NCBI GenBank assembly: GCA_964016885.1
Contig: OZ024742.1
Span: forward strand, 100,068,001 to 100,132,000
Direction: 5' to 3'
DNA: 64,000 bases
Source: Eledone cirrhosa
Lineage: Eukaryota
The position numbers were made by a program, and so were the translations under genes. The notes under the pieces are model-generated. The model made no database searches. It was not told the DNA's origin and saw nothing but the letters and a program-made list of their open reading frames with translations. Below are positions 26,952 through 40,350 of the stretch, piece after piece; within the stretch, counting starts at the first letter, position 1; the number at the start of each line of letters is the position of its first letter.

Positions 26952-29900
26952 TTTACGATGGACACATGTGCTGAGCTCGCTCGGTAAGTTTTTGTTTAAA
27001 TTCATACGGAAATTGTAAACTGTAAACTTTCATTTTTGTACCATTTTGTAGAGGGACTGCCAGGTCAAATTTTGATCTGGTCGGTCTCTAAAAATATTCT
27101 GCGCCTTTGGGCGAAATAGTATTGTGAACATTTTATCTTTCGAAAAACTTCGAAAAACCCTATTTTGAGAAAAATGGCTGAAGCATCTTCACCATCAATC
27201 AAAGAAGGAAAGGGGCAGTCATACTCACAGCTTCCCCCTGCCACTGTCACAGCAGCAGATGCCAAAGGCAGAGGTCAGAGAGAGGAAGAATTGTCTTCAC
27301 CTGTTGACCGACCACTAGATGTAGCCACAACTACACAAGAATTTGAAAACACCAACAACAACAACGACAACAACAGCAACAATAAAGACAACAAAAACAA
27401 CAACAACACAAACGTCACAAGTATCCACACACCAAACGAGAAAGACAACAACAGCAACAAAGATGAAAACAACTCAAACGACGAGAAACAAAACAATACT
27501 AAAATCCAAAGGGAAAACAAAATATCTTTTGCACAAACGGCTAAATTATCAGTCGCGTATGTGCTTGAAGATATTTCAAAAGCAAAAGAAATGCTGGTAA
27601 AAGCCAAGAAATATGTATCTTTTGGCGAAAACGGTTCGTTTTCTATACATTCACCTCCAGAACTAAAAAAACAGACGGAATTACGAACTGTCGTATTCCG
27701 AACAATTTTAAATAAAACAAAAAAACCAGCGCAACCATCTCAAGCCGAAATCCAGTTAGTCTTGAAAGACGCGATGAGAGACATCACTTTTATATAAAAG
27801 GATAAACTCTATGGGTGTTTATCCATATTGATGAAAGACGAATTGGCGGCGAAAAAATACTCTGTGTCGCCAATTCGGTCCACACACTACACCTTCTTCC
27901 TCACCTACATAGGTAAAAAAACCCAGAGGATATGGATAACCACCATCACCCCAAACATAAACTACTGGTGGTTACTAACCGGCTTCCTCAATTTAGACGA
28001 GGACAACCTCATTTCAATAGGGAAGGCATCCGGCGACGCGTTCAGTGGAACGAGCATCGAAGTTCTGACCCAAATAAGGCCAGAACGCATCGCCCAAATC
28101 CCTGAGCGCGTCATGCTGGATGACCGTACCCACCTCAACATTATTGTGGAGGGTAGGCGTCCCTCCTGTTACCTCTGTAGCAATAGAGGTCACCTGAGGG
28201 CTGCCTGTCCCCAGCTCACACAGAAAAAAACACTGCTACCAACACCAACACCGCCCCAACAACAACAACAAAAACAACGACAACAACAACAACAACAAAA
28301 ACCAACAACCCCACCACCACCACCACCACCACAGCAACAACAAACACGTGAAAAAATAACACAGAATACCGTCCCACCCAATCCCTCCCCACCCAAAACA
28401 AATACAAAAACACACACACCGCAAACACTACCAGAAAACATACCCCTCCCACCCAACAAGGAAGACGAACCCCTTTCGTCGCAAGACGAAAAAGATCCCT
28501 TCCAACAAGTAAAAAGAAAGAAGAGGAGACGCACCACAGACACACATGTTAACTTTAACCCCCCCCCCCCCGCCCCCTCCCCCCAAGAGAACACAAACTA
28601 CACACAAACCACCCCTCCCTGTCACACAACACTATCTGCTACACAAAAAAAGACCTTACAATTTACATACATGAACACAGACAACAAAGAATTACGGAAA
28701 ACAATTTCAGCAAACCCTTCGGTCCAAACCGAAGGGCCTAACTTTAAAACTGCTGTGGGACTACCTCATTTAAAAATGATAAAAGTCCCAATGCACTTGT
28801 ACAAAACACTGAAAATAAATTTCACGGAGGACGTGGGCCCCCCCTGCGCCAAACCAATCAACCGCGTCCTCCTAAAAAAATTCACCCCCCCCCCCCCCTC
28901 CCCTCCCCCCCCCCAACCCCACCCCACCCAGACACCCACTCAACCACAAACACCCCAACCCCACAACACACCGATGCCCCTTCACTCCCACAAACCACCA
29001 CCCCACCCAACAACCCATCCCCAACCAGCATGGAAATTGAGCGGCCCGTTTCCCGGGACGCAGAGAGGTAAGTGCCTTTTAAGAGTAGGGTGTCTAAATG
29101 CGCGTGGCCTGGGCTCGTCTTGGAAGCAAGCAATGCTTCTAAATGACCTCAGGTCACAATCTATAAATGTGATGGTTATCTGCGAGGCCCGGATCAGCAG
29201 CATGCGACAGCTAGCCCCCATCTTTGACGACTTTGAGATGCACGCATCTCTCTGTCAGCCCGGAGGTGGGGGTGGGGTTGTCGTTCTGCTGCAAAAACAT
29301 ATGGGCCTTGCAACACAGATAGTACATTTGGACCCAGGGGGTCGACTGGTGGTGCTGGACCTTGGCAGTGGTGAAGGTAGAGCCTTTAGGCTGGTAGCCG
29401 CATATGCCCCTTTTGGGACTGAGCGGCCCGACTTTTTCCAGCGTCTGGAGTCTTTTCTAGGGACGTCCCGTTCCCTGCTTTTAGTGGGGGATTGGAATGG
29501 TATCCTGGATGCACGTTGGGACTATGCAGGGGCATGTCCCGATAGAGAGGGGTGCAACAGCCTCAAGGGGTTACTCGGCCGATTTGACCTGGCCGATAGA
29601 TTTCGACTAGATGTTCCGACGGTGCCAACCTGGTCTTGGTCAAAACGCAGCGGATCATCTAGGTCGTACCTAGATAGATTTTTAGTTAGAAATAAGGACA
29701 GGGACTTTTTAAGTTGTCCAGAAATGCTCATGGTTGGCTATTCAGACCACAAGTTGGTGACCTGCATGGTCAACCTTGACAGAACGCATAGACAGGGCCC
29801 CGGTTACTGGAAGCTCAACTTGTCCTTGCCGGCAAGTAGAGCCTACAGGGATCGGATTAGTACGTTAGTTAAGGAACGGTTGACTGGAGCGATCGTCAAC

Positions 29901-32771
29901 AGCAGGTGGTGGGTATCTCTAAAGAGAGAGATTAGAGTAGTCTCGATAGAATTTAGTAAGGTTCTAGCTGCGGATAGGAATAGGAAGGAAAGGGAGCTAA
30001 TAGATAGAGTAGAAGAGGCAATTAGAAGCGGCGACGTGGCCAGAGTCCTAGCGTCGAGAACGGCTTTGAGCCAGTTTTTCGACGCGAATCACGAAGGCTG
30101 CGTTGTCCGAAGTAAAATACGTGCTCTAGGGAACGAGGGGACCAAAGCTGTTAGCTGGGCCCGCGTGACAGAGGCCAACAGTGGAACTAAATCCACCATC
30201 CGGTCTCTGCGAGACCTGGATGGACGGGCGATTCTTGAGCCTAAGCAGATGTGTGAGGCCTTTCAAAGGCACTTTGCCCGACTGTTCGGGAGGGGCGGGG
30301 AGCCGGTTGGGAACGTGGACTTCGGTCCGTACCTCGACGGCCTGCCGCGCCTCTCGGACAAGGAGGCGAAGTCCTGCGAGGAGCCGATTTCGGCCGCTGA
30401 AATAGAGGACGTGCTGAGCCAATGCGGCAAACGCAAATCCCCGGGTCTCGATGGTCTTCCTTACGAATTATATCTAGCTATGCCGGACTTATTCCCCGAT
30501 CTCCTGGAGGCGGTCTACTGCAACTGGCAACAGAACGGGAGAATTCCCTGTACTGTGACCAAGGGCGTAGTCACGATAGTGAGGAAGGACGAGAACAAGG
30601 GGGGCGAAATAAGTAACTTCAGGCCCATAACTCTGCTAAATACAGAGTTACAGATTTTGGCCAAGGTGCTAGCAAAGAGGTTGGCGCTTGTCGTGGGCAA
30701 CCTGGTGGAAGATGCGCAGACATGCGCTATCCCGTCCAGGTCCATCCATGACAACCTCCACCTCATGCGATACATCATAGAGAGGGTTGGGAACGAACCC
30801 GGCTTTGGTGGGGTTCTGATCAACTTGGATCAATCTAAGGCGTTCGATAGGGTCGACCATGGTTACCTGGATGTGGTGCTAGCGGCGGCAGGCTTCGGAC
30901 CCGTTTTCAGGGGCTGGATCACTGCTATGCACAGCAGCCGCATCTGCTCTAGGGTCAAGGTGAACGGCTACCTCTCGGAGCCGTTCAAAATCGCGCGGTC
31001 CATCCGACAAGGGTGCCCTCTCTCCTCCCTTCTGTATGTGTTGACTCTCGAGCCACTACTGCGGAAGTTGGAGTTGTTGCAGGGCATCCCTTTGGAACCG
31101 GGATTGCGGAAAGCGGTGTCGGCCTACGCCGATGACGTGACAGCAATGGTGTCGACGGCCTCCGAAATCGAGGCGGTCGGCACCTTACTGGAGGAGTACG
31201 AAAGGTTCACAGGGGCTAAGCTGAACCGGGACAAGTCGATCGGTTTGCAACTCGACACGTGGAGGGGCAGACCGATGCCGTCCGATGGCGTCGTCGGACG
31301 CTGGACGGAGGGCCCGGTGAAGTTGCTCGGGGTCTGGTTCGGACCGGACCTCCAGGTGGAGAAAAACTGGGCGGAGGTTACAAACAGGGTGTTTGCACTG
31401 ACCCAGAAGTGGGCCAGTTGCAAACTATCCCTGAAAGGTCGGGCGGAGGTGGCGAACACCTACATAGCGTCCGTCATCTACTATCGCCTGACCGTAGTGC
31501 CCTGCCCAAGGGAAACCCTCACCAAGATGGAGCGCGCACTCTTCCAATTCCTTTGGAAGAGGCGGGCTCCTATGGTGAGGAGATCTATCTGCTGTCAACA
31601 CCCTTCGAAAGGAGGGCTGGGGATGCCGTGGCTAATGATGCGTAAACACGCATTAAGGCTACGGCACCTCCAGGTATTCCTCACCGGTCAACCGGTATGG
31701 GCCTCGTTTGTGAGATGAACCTTTCCCAGACTCGTCTCACTCACCGAGCTGCAATCCTGGGTCAAGCAAAGACCGAGAAAACTGGGCGCCTGGCACACTG
31801 AGTGTGCCCAGGCGCTCACCGCCCTCTGGCAGGCGGATCCGGTTATCAGTGGAGACTCCACCGCAACATTCTATAGAGGGCTGGTACGCAGCAGGTGCGA
31901 CGACGCCCTCGGAGAAGCCCTAGACATGGAGGAGGACGAACTGGCCAGCCTGTTCGGTAGGACATTCAGCCCGGGACCTATGGACAACTTCCAGAAGTCC
32001 CTGGCCTGGCAGTGCTACCGAGGGGCTTTACCCGTTCGAGAAAGGCTCTACAGACACGGGCGCCCGGGTAGGGACCCCGCCAAAAATATCTGTCCCAGAT
32101 GCGTGTGCGACGAGGAAACCGTTGCACACGCATTGGTACACTGCTCGGGCGTAGCCTATCTGTGGGGCTATGTCGAACAACTGCTGTCAAGGGTGGGACC
32201 GATCCGGTTGACCACCGAGTCTATTGTAATGATCAAGCCGCCTCCCCCCTTCAAAGATGAAGCAGAGGCGGTGTTTCTGTGCGTAATAGCCATGGCGAAA
32301 GAGGTTGTATGGTGGACGCGTCTGAAAGGACTGAGGTCAGGCACCTTTCTCTCTGGCCAACAACTGGTCCGTTTCTTCCGATATCATTTCGGAAGAAGGA
32401 TCAGGATGGAGAGAGAGGTGCTCCACCCCAGTCGTTTTTATGAAAGGTGGGTGAAAGTGGCGAGAATAGCCTGTGTGAATGGGCCTTCTCTTTACATAAG
32501 CCTGTAGGTGGAAAAGAGGAAGGAACGAGGGAGAACCCCCTCTCTGTGCTCCTGAGGAAAAGGGTTGCACACTTTTTTCGGGGGTGTGTGCGACCCCCCA
32601 AGGCGCCTCCTCTCTATTGAGGATTTTGTTATAAATTTTATTTTTTGTTATATTTTATTTTATTTTTATATTTTGTTATTGCCTCCTCCTTATTGGGGAC
32701 GCCTTTTTGTGTAAACTCCCCCCTTTGTACTTGTCCCACTTTTGATGCCCTGGTGGCAAATAAAAGAAACA

Positions 32772-32772
<1 letters not shown>
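26952..32772 (+). mobile_element. Full-length Tx1-clade LINE, copy E4
   Basis: 5'UTR similar to E1; ORF1 from 27174; ORF2 to 32507; 3'UTR runs into (TATC)n. Confidence 0.93.
27174..32507 (+). pseudogene. E4 ORF1 + ORF2 with stops at 27797 and 31718 and a deleted inter-ORF spacer
   Basis: CYLCSNRGHLRAAC; endonuclease and RT motifs (YADD); ORFs 27165-27797, 27828-31718 and 31926-32507. Confidence 0.9.
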
Positions 32773-32804
<32 letters not shown>

Positions 32805-32819
32805 CTCTATCTCTCTATC

Positions 32820-35800
32820 AGACGTGTGTAACTTCGCGGAGAAGTTTCCGTTAATTTATGTAAGAAAAAAACGTGAGTTTTCAGTTAAATTTTATATTAT
32901 TGTGTAACTTGACCCCCCGTCTGGAACTTCAGGTGGTAGGTCAACACATTTTCGCCCCTACAGGAGCGAAATATCCGTTTGAAATATTTTTTCTCCATCG
33001 AATCTTGGAAAAAATATTGTAAAAGTTTGATTACGTTATGAACGCTGCGTCCAACGATAATGGTGGTGGAGAGGCGGTAAGACTACAGAGCTCGCAGTCA
33101 ACATCGTCTTCTTCACTAGATACTATAGAGATGGAAAGACGAAATGAAAATGCAAAAAGAAATTCATATCCAAACAACACAAATGACACCAAACAGTTCA
33201 ATGACAACAAAAATAACAGCAACACCAATAATTATGATAAAAACGACAATGATAACAACAACAAAGAAAAAATAAAGACAACACCAATAACACCAGCATC
33301 AAAGACAACAACAACACCAAGGAAAATACGAATAATATCAACATCGGTGACAACAAGAATAACAACAAGAATAACAACAATAATGACAACACCACCAACA
33401 CGGATAATTCCACAAAGAAACCAAAATTCTCCTTTGCAGAGACAGTTCAAAAAAAAAGGAGGAACTGATATATCTCGACATAACAAATGCTGAACAACTT
33501 TTAAAGGACGCTAGGAGATATGTCACTTTCAAAAAAAATGGTGCTTTCAGCATCAATTCTCCGGTAGAAATTCGCAAGGAAACTGCTCTCAAAACGATAG
33601 TTTTTAGGACAGTTTGCAATTCTACCCGAAAACCAGTCCAATTGTCACAGAAAGAAATCGAACTGGTTTCAAAAAAAAAATGAATGATATTGCATTCATT
33701 CAAAGAAGCAAACTTTTTGGGAGTATTTCGGTACTCATGAAGGATCAATTGACGGCCCAAAATTACTCTGTGTCGCCAATTGTATCCAACCTGTACACCT
33801 TTTTCCCTACATACATGGGAAAAAGGACACAAAAGATCAAAATCACGAGTGTCACACCAAAGGTGAACATATGGTGGATACTGTGCGGCTTCATCAATTT
33901 TGATGAAGACAGAATACTATCAGTAGGAAAGTCCCCCAGAGATGTATTCAATGGGACTAGCAATGAAGTTCTGGTGCAAATGAGTCCAGAGCAAATAGCT
34001 ATGATCCCACAACGTGTACTCCTGGACGGACTCACCTACATAAACTTTTCGGTTGAGGGTAGGCGGCCTTCATGTTACCATTGCTTTAGCAGGGGTCACC
34101 TGAGGGCTTCCTGTCCTAAATTAATGAATCAAAAAAAGGCTCTTCTGCCGACACCCATCAAAACAACACAACCACCAACACCACCACAACAACAACAACA
34201 CCAACACACAAAAATAACCACAACAAACACAGTCCCACCCAATCCCACTCCACCTAAAACCACTGCAAAATCACATACAGACACAACAGCTCCCCAAGAC
34301 ATACCCCTCCCCAATCACACAGACGATACAACAGATGAGGCTATCTCGCCATCACCCAGTGAAGACGAGGGAGAACCCCATCGCTCGAAAAGAAAGAAAA
34401 GACATCACAAAAGCAAAAAACCAGCAAACACTACCACAAACATACAACCACCAATACAAACAACAAAAACATCACAAACAAAACCCCCACCTCCTGAAAA
34501 CAAAATACCTACAACAAAACGAAAGCACACACAAGAACTACAGACAAAAACAAACACAACACAAGAAAATTACACTTACACTTACATAACCACTGAAAAC
34601 AAAACACTAATGGAAACCATCACGAACGACCCTTCGGTTTTCACCGAAGGGAAAACTTTCGCCCACTCTATTAAAAATAACAAAAAACTGAACCTAAAAC
34701 TGATTAGGGTCCCTATACAAACTTATAGGTCCCTAAAAGAAACATCTGAGAAGGATGTGGGGAATTCCTGCGTGAAACCACTTAACCGCGTCCTTCTCAA
34801 ATGTCTCCCCACCCCAGACACCCCCATCCCACCAGACCCAAACCCCGCCAAACATCTCCGTCCCCACCCCGCCGGAAACCACCACCCATCCAGACAACCC
34901 CTCCAACACCCCCATGGAAATCGTGCGGTCTGGTCCCCAGGAGACGAAGGGTGAGTGATCTCTTTTCCTCTTTTAACTTTTCAGCACCAACATGGCCAAT
35001 ATAAGAGTTGGATGTGTGAACGTACGCGGCCTGGGGATGGCCTGGAAACAGGGCAAACTCTTAAACGACCTCAGGTCGCACAGTATGGATGTGGTAGCCA
35101 TTTGCGAGTCCAGGATCCACAGCGAGCGACAGCTGGCCCCCATCTTCGATGACTTTGAGATCTACGCATCCCTCTGTCAACCGGGGGGTGGGGGCGGAGT
35201 TGCCGTTTTGCTGCGGAACACCTGGGCCTCGTAACATAGACGGTACATCTAGACCCGGAGGGTCAACTGGTGGTCCTAGACGTTGACGATAGTGAAGGTG
35301 GAGCCTTCAGGCTGGTGGCCGCATATGCCCTATCCGGGACACCGCGGCCAGACTTCTTCAAACGTCTAGAGACTTTTCTGGGAACGTCCCGCTCCTTGCT
35401 TTTAGTGGGGGGCTGGAATGGAATCCTAGTTGCACGTTGGGACTATGTGGGAGCATGTCCCGATAAGGGGGGGGGGGGTGTAACAGCCTCAAACAGTTAA
35501 TCGACCGATTTGACCTGGCCGATAGATATCGACTAGATTTTCCGACTGCGCCAGTGTGGACGTGGAGTAATCGTAGCGGAACATCTAGATCGTACCTAGA
35601 TAGGGTTCTAGTTAGAAATAAGGATAGGGACATGTTAAGCTGTCCACAAATGTTCATGGTTGCCTATTCAGATCACAAACTAGTGACCTGCATGGCCAAC
35701 CTTGATAGAACCCATAGACAAGGACCCGGCTACTTGAAGCTGAACTTGTCGTTAACGACAAGCAAAGCCTACAGTAGACGGATTAGCACTTTAGTTAAAC

Positions 35801-38672
35801 AGCACTTGACAGGGACCATTGTCAGCAACAGATGGTGGTACTCTCTCAAGAGGGCAGTTAGATTAGACTCGATAGTTTTTAGTAAAGAATTAGCGTTAGA
35901 TAGAAATAGAACCGAGAAGGAACTGGTAGATAAAGTAGAAGAGGCAATTAGAAGTGGCAACATAGCCAGCGTGCTAGCAACGAGAACGGCCTTGGACCAG
36001 TTCTTCGACGCAAAGCACGAGGGCTGCGTTGTCAGAAGCAAAATACGTGCTCTGGGAAACGAGGGAGCCAAAGCTGTTAGCTGGGCCAGAGTGACAGAGG
36101 CAAAAAATGGCAACAAGTCCACGATTCGGTCTTTGAAGGACCAAAACGGACGCGTGATACGTGAGACGAAGCAGATGTGTGCGGCTTTTCAGCGGCACTT
36201 TGCTCAACTGTTCGGGAGGGGCGGCGCGCCGGGAGAGGCTATGGATTTCGGTCCATACCTCGACGGCCTACCGCGACTCTCGGACAGCGAAGCAAAGTTC
36301 TGCGAAAAGCTGATTTCAGCCGCTGAGATAGGGGACGCGCTGAACCAATGAGGCAAACGCAAATCTCCAGGTCTCGACGGTCTACCCTACGAATTTTACG
36401 TAGCAATGCCGGACTTATTCTCCGGTCTCCTGGAAGCGGTCAACTGCAACTGGCAACAGAACGGGAGAATTCCCAGTTCTGTAACCGGGGGCGTGGTCAC
36501 ACTAATCAGGAAGGACGAGAATAAGGGGGATGACATAGGCACCTTCCGGCCCATAACTCTGCTAAGCACAGAGTTACAGATTTTGGCCAAGGTGTTGGCA
36601 AAGAGGCTGGCGCTTGTCGTCGAGAACCTGGTGGGAGAAGCGCAGACATGCGCAATCCCGACCAAGTACATACACGACAACCTCCACCTCATGCGATACA
36701 TCATAGAGAGGGAAGGGTGTAAACCCCGCTTCGGTGGGGCCCTGATCAACTTGGATCAGTCTAAGGCTTTCGATAGGTTGACCATCGTTACCTGGATGCG
36801 GTGCTCGAGGCGGCAGGCTTCGGACCCGTGTTCAGGGGCTGGATTGCTGCAATGCACAACAGCAACATCTGCTCAAGGGTCAAGGTGAACGGCTACCTCT
36901 CGGAGCCGTTCCATATTACGCGATCCATTCGACAGGGATGCCCTCTCTCCTCCCTTCTGTACGTACTGACTCTCGAGCCACTACTGCGGAAGCTGGAGCT
37001 ATTGCAGGGCATCCCTCTGGAACCGAGACTGCGGAAAGCGACGTCGGCCTACGCCGACGACGTGACAGTAATGGTGTTGGGCGCCTCACAAATCGAGGAA
37101 GTCGGCACCTTACTGAAGGAATACGAAAGTTTCAGAGGAGCGAAGCTGAACCGGGACAAGTCGTCGGTTTGCAACTCGGATCGTGGAGAGGCAAACCGAT
37201 GCCTTCTGATGGCGTCGTCGGACGCTAGACGGAAGGACCGGTAAAGCTGCTCGGGGTCAGGTTTGGTCCGGACCTCCAGGTGGAGAAGAACTGGAACGAA
37301 GTGACGGCCAAGGTGTTTGCACTCACCCAGAAGTGGGCCGAGTGCAAACTATCCTTGAAAGGTCGAGCGGAGGTGGCGAATACTTTTATAGCCTCCGCCA
37401 TCTACTACCGCTTGACCGTCGTGCCTTGTCCAGCCAAAACGCTCGCCAAAATGGAGCGCGCGCTCTTCCGATTCCTTTGGAAGAGGCGGGCTCCTTTGGT
37501 GAGAAGATCCATCTGCTGCCAACACCCTTCTAACGGTGTGCTGGGGATGCCGTGGTTGATGATGCGCAAAAACGCGCTCAGGCTGCGGCATCTTTACGTA
37601 TTCCTCACCGGACAACCGGTGTGGGCCCCGTTCGTGAGGCGAGCCTTCCCACGACTCGTCTCGCTGACCGAGCTGCAGTCCTGGGTCAAGCGAAGACTGA
37701 GGAAAATTGGCGACTGGCACATCGAATGTGCTCAGGCGCTCACAGCCCTCTGGCAGGCGGACCAGGTGATCAGTGGAGACTACACTTCATCATTCTATAG
37801 AGGGTTGGTCCGCAGCAAGTGCGACGACGCGCTCGGTGAAACTCTAGGCGTAGAGGAAGATGAACTGGCCAGTCTGTTCGGTAGGACCTTCCGCCCGGGA
37901 CCGATGGACAACTTCCAAAAGTCCCTGGCCTGGCAGTGCTACCGAGGAGCTCTACCAGTTCGAGACAAGCTCTACAGACATGGGCGCCCGGGCAGGGACC
38001 CTGCAATAAAGATCTGTCCGAGGTGCGTGCGAGACGAAGAAACCGTCGCGCACGCATTCATACAGTGCCCGGGCGTCACTGACCTGTGGGGCTATGTAGA
38101 ACGACTATTGTCGCGGGTGGGACCAATCCGGTTGACCACCGAGTCCATTGTCATGATCAAACCGCCACCCTCCCTCAAAAACGAAAGAGAGGCGGTTTTC
38201 TTTTGTGTGATAGCTATGGCGAAAGAGGTTGTATGGTGGACAAGGTTGAAAGGGCTGAGGTCAGACACCTTTCTCTCCGGCCAACAACTGATTCTTTTTT
38301 TCAAATACCACTTTGGAAGAAGAATCAGGATGGAGAGAGAGGTGCTGTACCCCAGCAAGTTTTATGAAAGGTGGGTGAAAGTGGCGAGAATGGCTCGAGT
38401 GAATGGGCCTTCTCTCTATATCAGCCTGTAGGTTGAGGAAAAGGAGGAGGAGAGGAAAGGAGTACAAACTCTTCGTACTCCTGGAGATGAGGGTTGCACA
38501 TTTTTTCGGGGGTATGTGTTACCCATATAAACTGTCTCCCCCTATTGGGGAAAATCGACTAACTTTTTAAATTGCATTTGTGATAACATTTTACACGTTT
38601 TTTATTGTATGTAAACTTCCCCCTTTGTATTTGTCCCCTTCTTTTGTGCCCCTGTGGCTAATAAAGAAACAT
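32820..38672 (+). mobile_element. Full-length, more degraded Tx1-clade LINE, copy E5
   Basis: ORF1 fragments 33038-34954 (CYHCFSRGHLRASC); ORF2 fragments 34992-38431; (TATC)n flanks. Confidence 0.92.
34992..38431 (+). pseudogene. E5 ORF2 with multiple frameshifts and stops
   Basis: collinear fragments carrying SDH, QGCPLS, YADD and CPRC motifs. Confidence 0.9.
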
Positions 38673-38679
38673 ATCTATC

Positions 38680-38710
<31 letters not shown>

Positions 38711-39159
38711 CCATCTAGCTATCTATCTATATATCTATCTATCTATGTATCCACCTTGCAAGATGAGGCCTAGGTGCATTTATGTCTGTGTGTTTGTGTG
38801 CGTATATGTGTGTGTGTGTGTGTGTTTATATGTGGCTGTTTATGTGTGTCTATGTATGCGAGAGTGTCTTACGAGTAAGAGTAATATGTTATACTGCATG
38901 TTGAAGGAAAAAATGAAAACAAACAAAAAGGTAACGTAGAGAAGGAACATTAGTTTATATAAAACAGAAAGAGAAAATTGTTACTTATCACAACTTACTC
39001 TGAACATGATTTACTTAAACAAATAACTCATAGAATACATAATAATGGAAGTCGTACAATATTACATGTATTAAATATATAGAAATATATATAAATATCA
39101 ATAATACCGTGTGACATTATCTGTCAAGATAATGGGGTTGTGTTTTATTTAATATTATA

Positions 39160-39309
39160 TAATATCTCTATAGATTATATATATATATATATGTTGGTAT
39201 ATATATATGTGTGTGTATATATATATATGTATATGTGTGTGGGTGTATGTATATACAAACACACACACAGACAGAGGAGAGAAAGAGATAAATCTACCGG
39301 ATGACAATA

Positions 39310-39387
<78 letters not shown>

Positions 39388-39473
39388 ATATATATGTGTG
39401 TGTTTGTGTGTGTTTATATATACATATATATGTGAGTGTGTGTGTGTGAGGATGTATATACACACACACACAC

Positions 39474-39543
<70 letters not shown>

Positions 39544-39563
39544 GTATGTATATACACACACAC

Positions 39564-39644
<81 letters not shown>

Positions 39645-39691
39645 CACACATACATATATATATATATCTATATATATATATATATATATAT

Positions 39692-39735
<44 letters not shown>
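39160..39735. repeat. Compound (TA)/(CA)/(CT) microsatellite
   Basis: direct reading. Confidence 0.95.
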
Positions 39736-39738
<3 letters not shown>

Positions 39739-39874
39739 ATTGTCATCTAGTAAAACAGTTGACACCTTGATTCGTTGATTCAGTTGGAGAATTTATAACA
39801 TTATGAGTGCATATACAAAGCTTCTGTTGTGGGTTTTTCTTTTTCTTTTTTATATTTTGTACAATTTGCCAAGG

Positions 39875-40350
39875 AAATGGCTGTGTGGTTAAAGAGTTCG
39901 TTTTGCAGCCAGGTAGATTCGGATTCAATCCCACTCCGAAGACCAGAGGCAGATGTATTTTATTACTTCTACTATAGGCTTGTCAGTGCAACCCCAGAAA
40001 CCCATCCTATCTATCTATCTACCTATCTACCTATCTATCTATCTACTTATTTATTCATATATCTATCTATCTCTTTCTTCTTCTTCTTCTTCTTCTTCTT
40101 CTTCTTCTTCTTCTTCCCCCTCTCTCTTTCTCTCTCTCTATTTATATATATATATATATATGAGGGGGGTATGTGCATACGTGTGGGTGCTTATGAACCG
40201 TAACCAAGCGTTTCGACATAAAAGAGGTCGATAAAATATGTACAAGGCTTTAAAAGTAGGTATTGATGTTATGATCGATTAAAACTGGTAGTACTCCAGC
40301 ATGGCCAGAGACTAATGACTGAAATCTGTTAGAGAATAAAAGAATAAAAG
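39875..40350 (+). mobile_element. Decayed SINE (octopus OR-like) split by microsatellites
   Basis: head tggctgtgtggttaa...ggattcaatccca; tail ggtcgataaaa...ctccagcatggcc...agaataaaagaataaaag. Confidence 0.45.

Noticed and set aside
27828-31718. 1296-aa ORF suggesting a natural ORF1-ORF2 fusion
   Set aside because: The homologous ORF1 end (MEIERPVSRDAER*) lies in another frame; the fusion comes from indels in C-runs plus deletion of the spacer and ORF2 ATG in this copy alone
34951-34984. Mini-intron GTGAGT...TTTTCAG between E5 ORF1 and ORF2
   Set aside because: 34 nt is very short for an intron and E1 has no AG at the equivalent position
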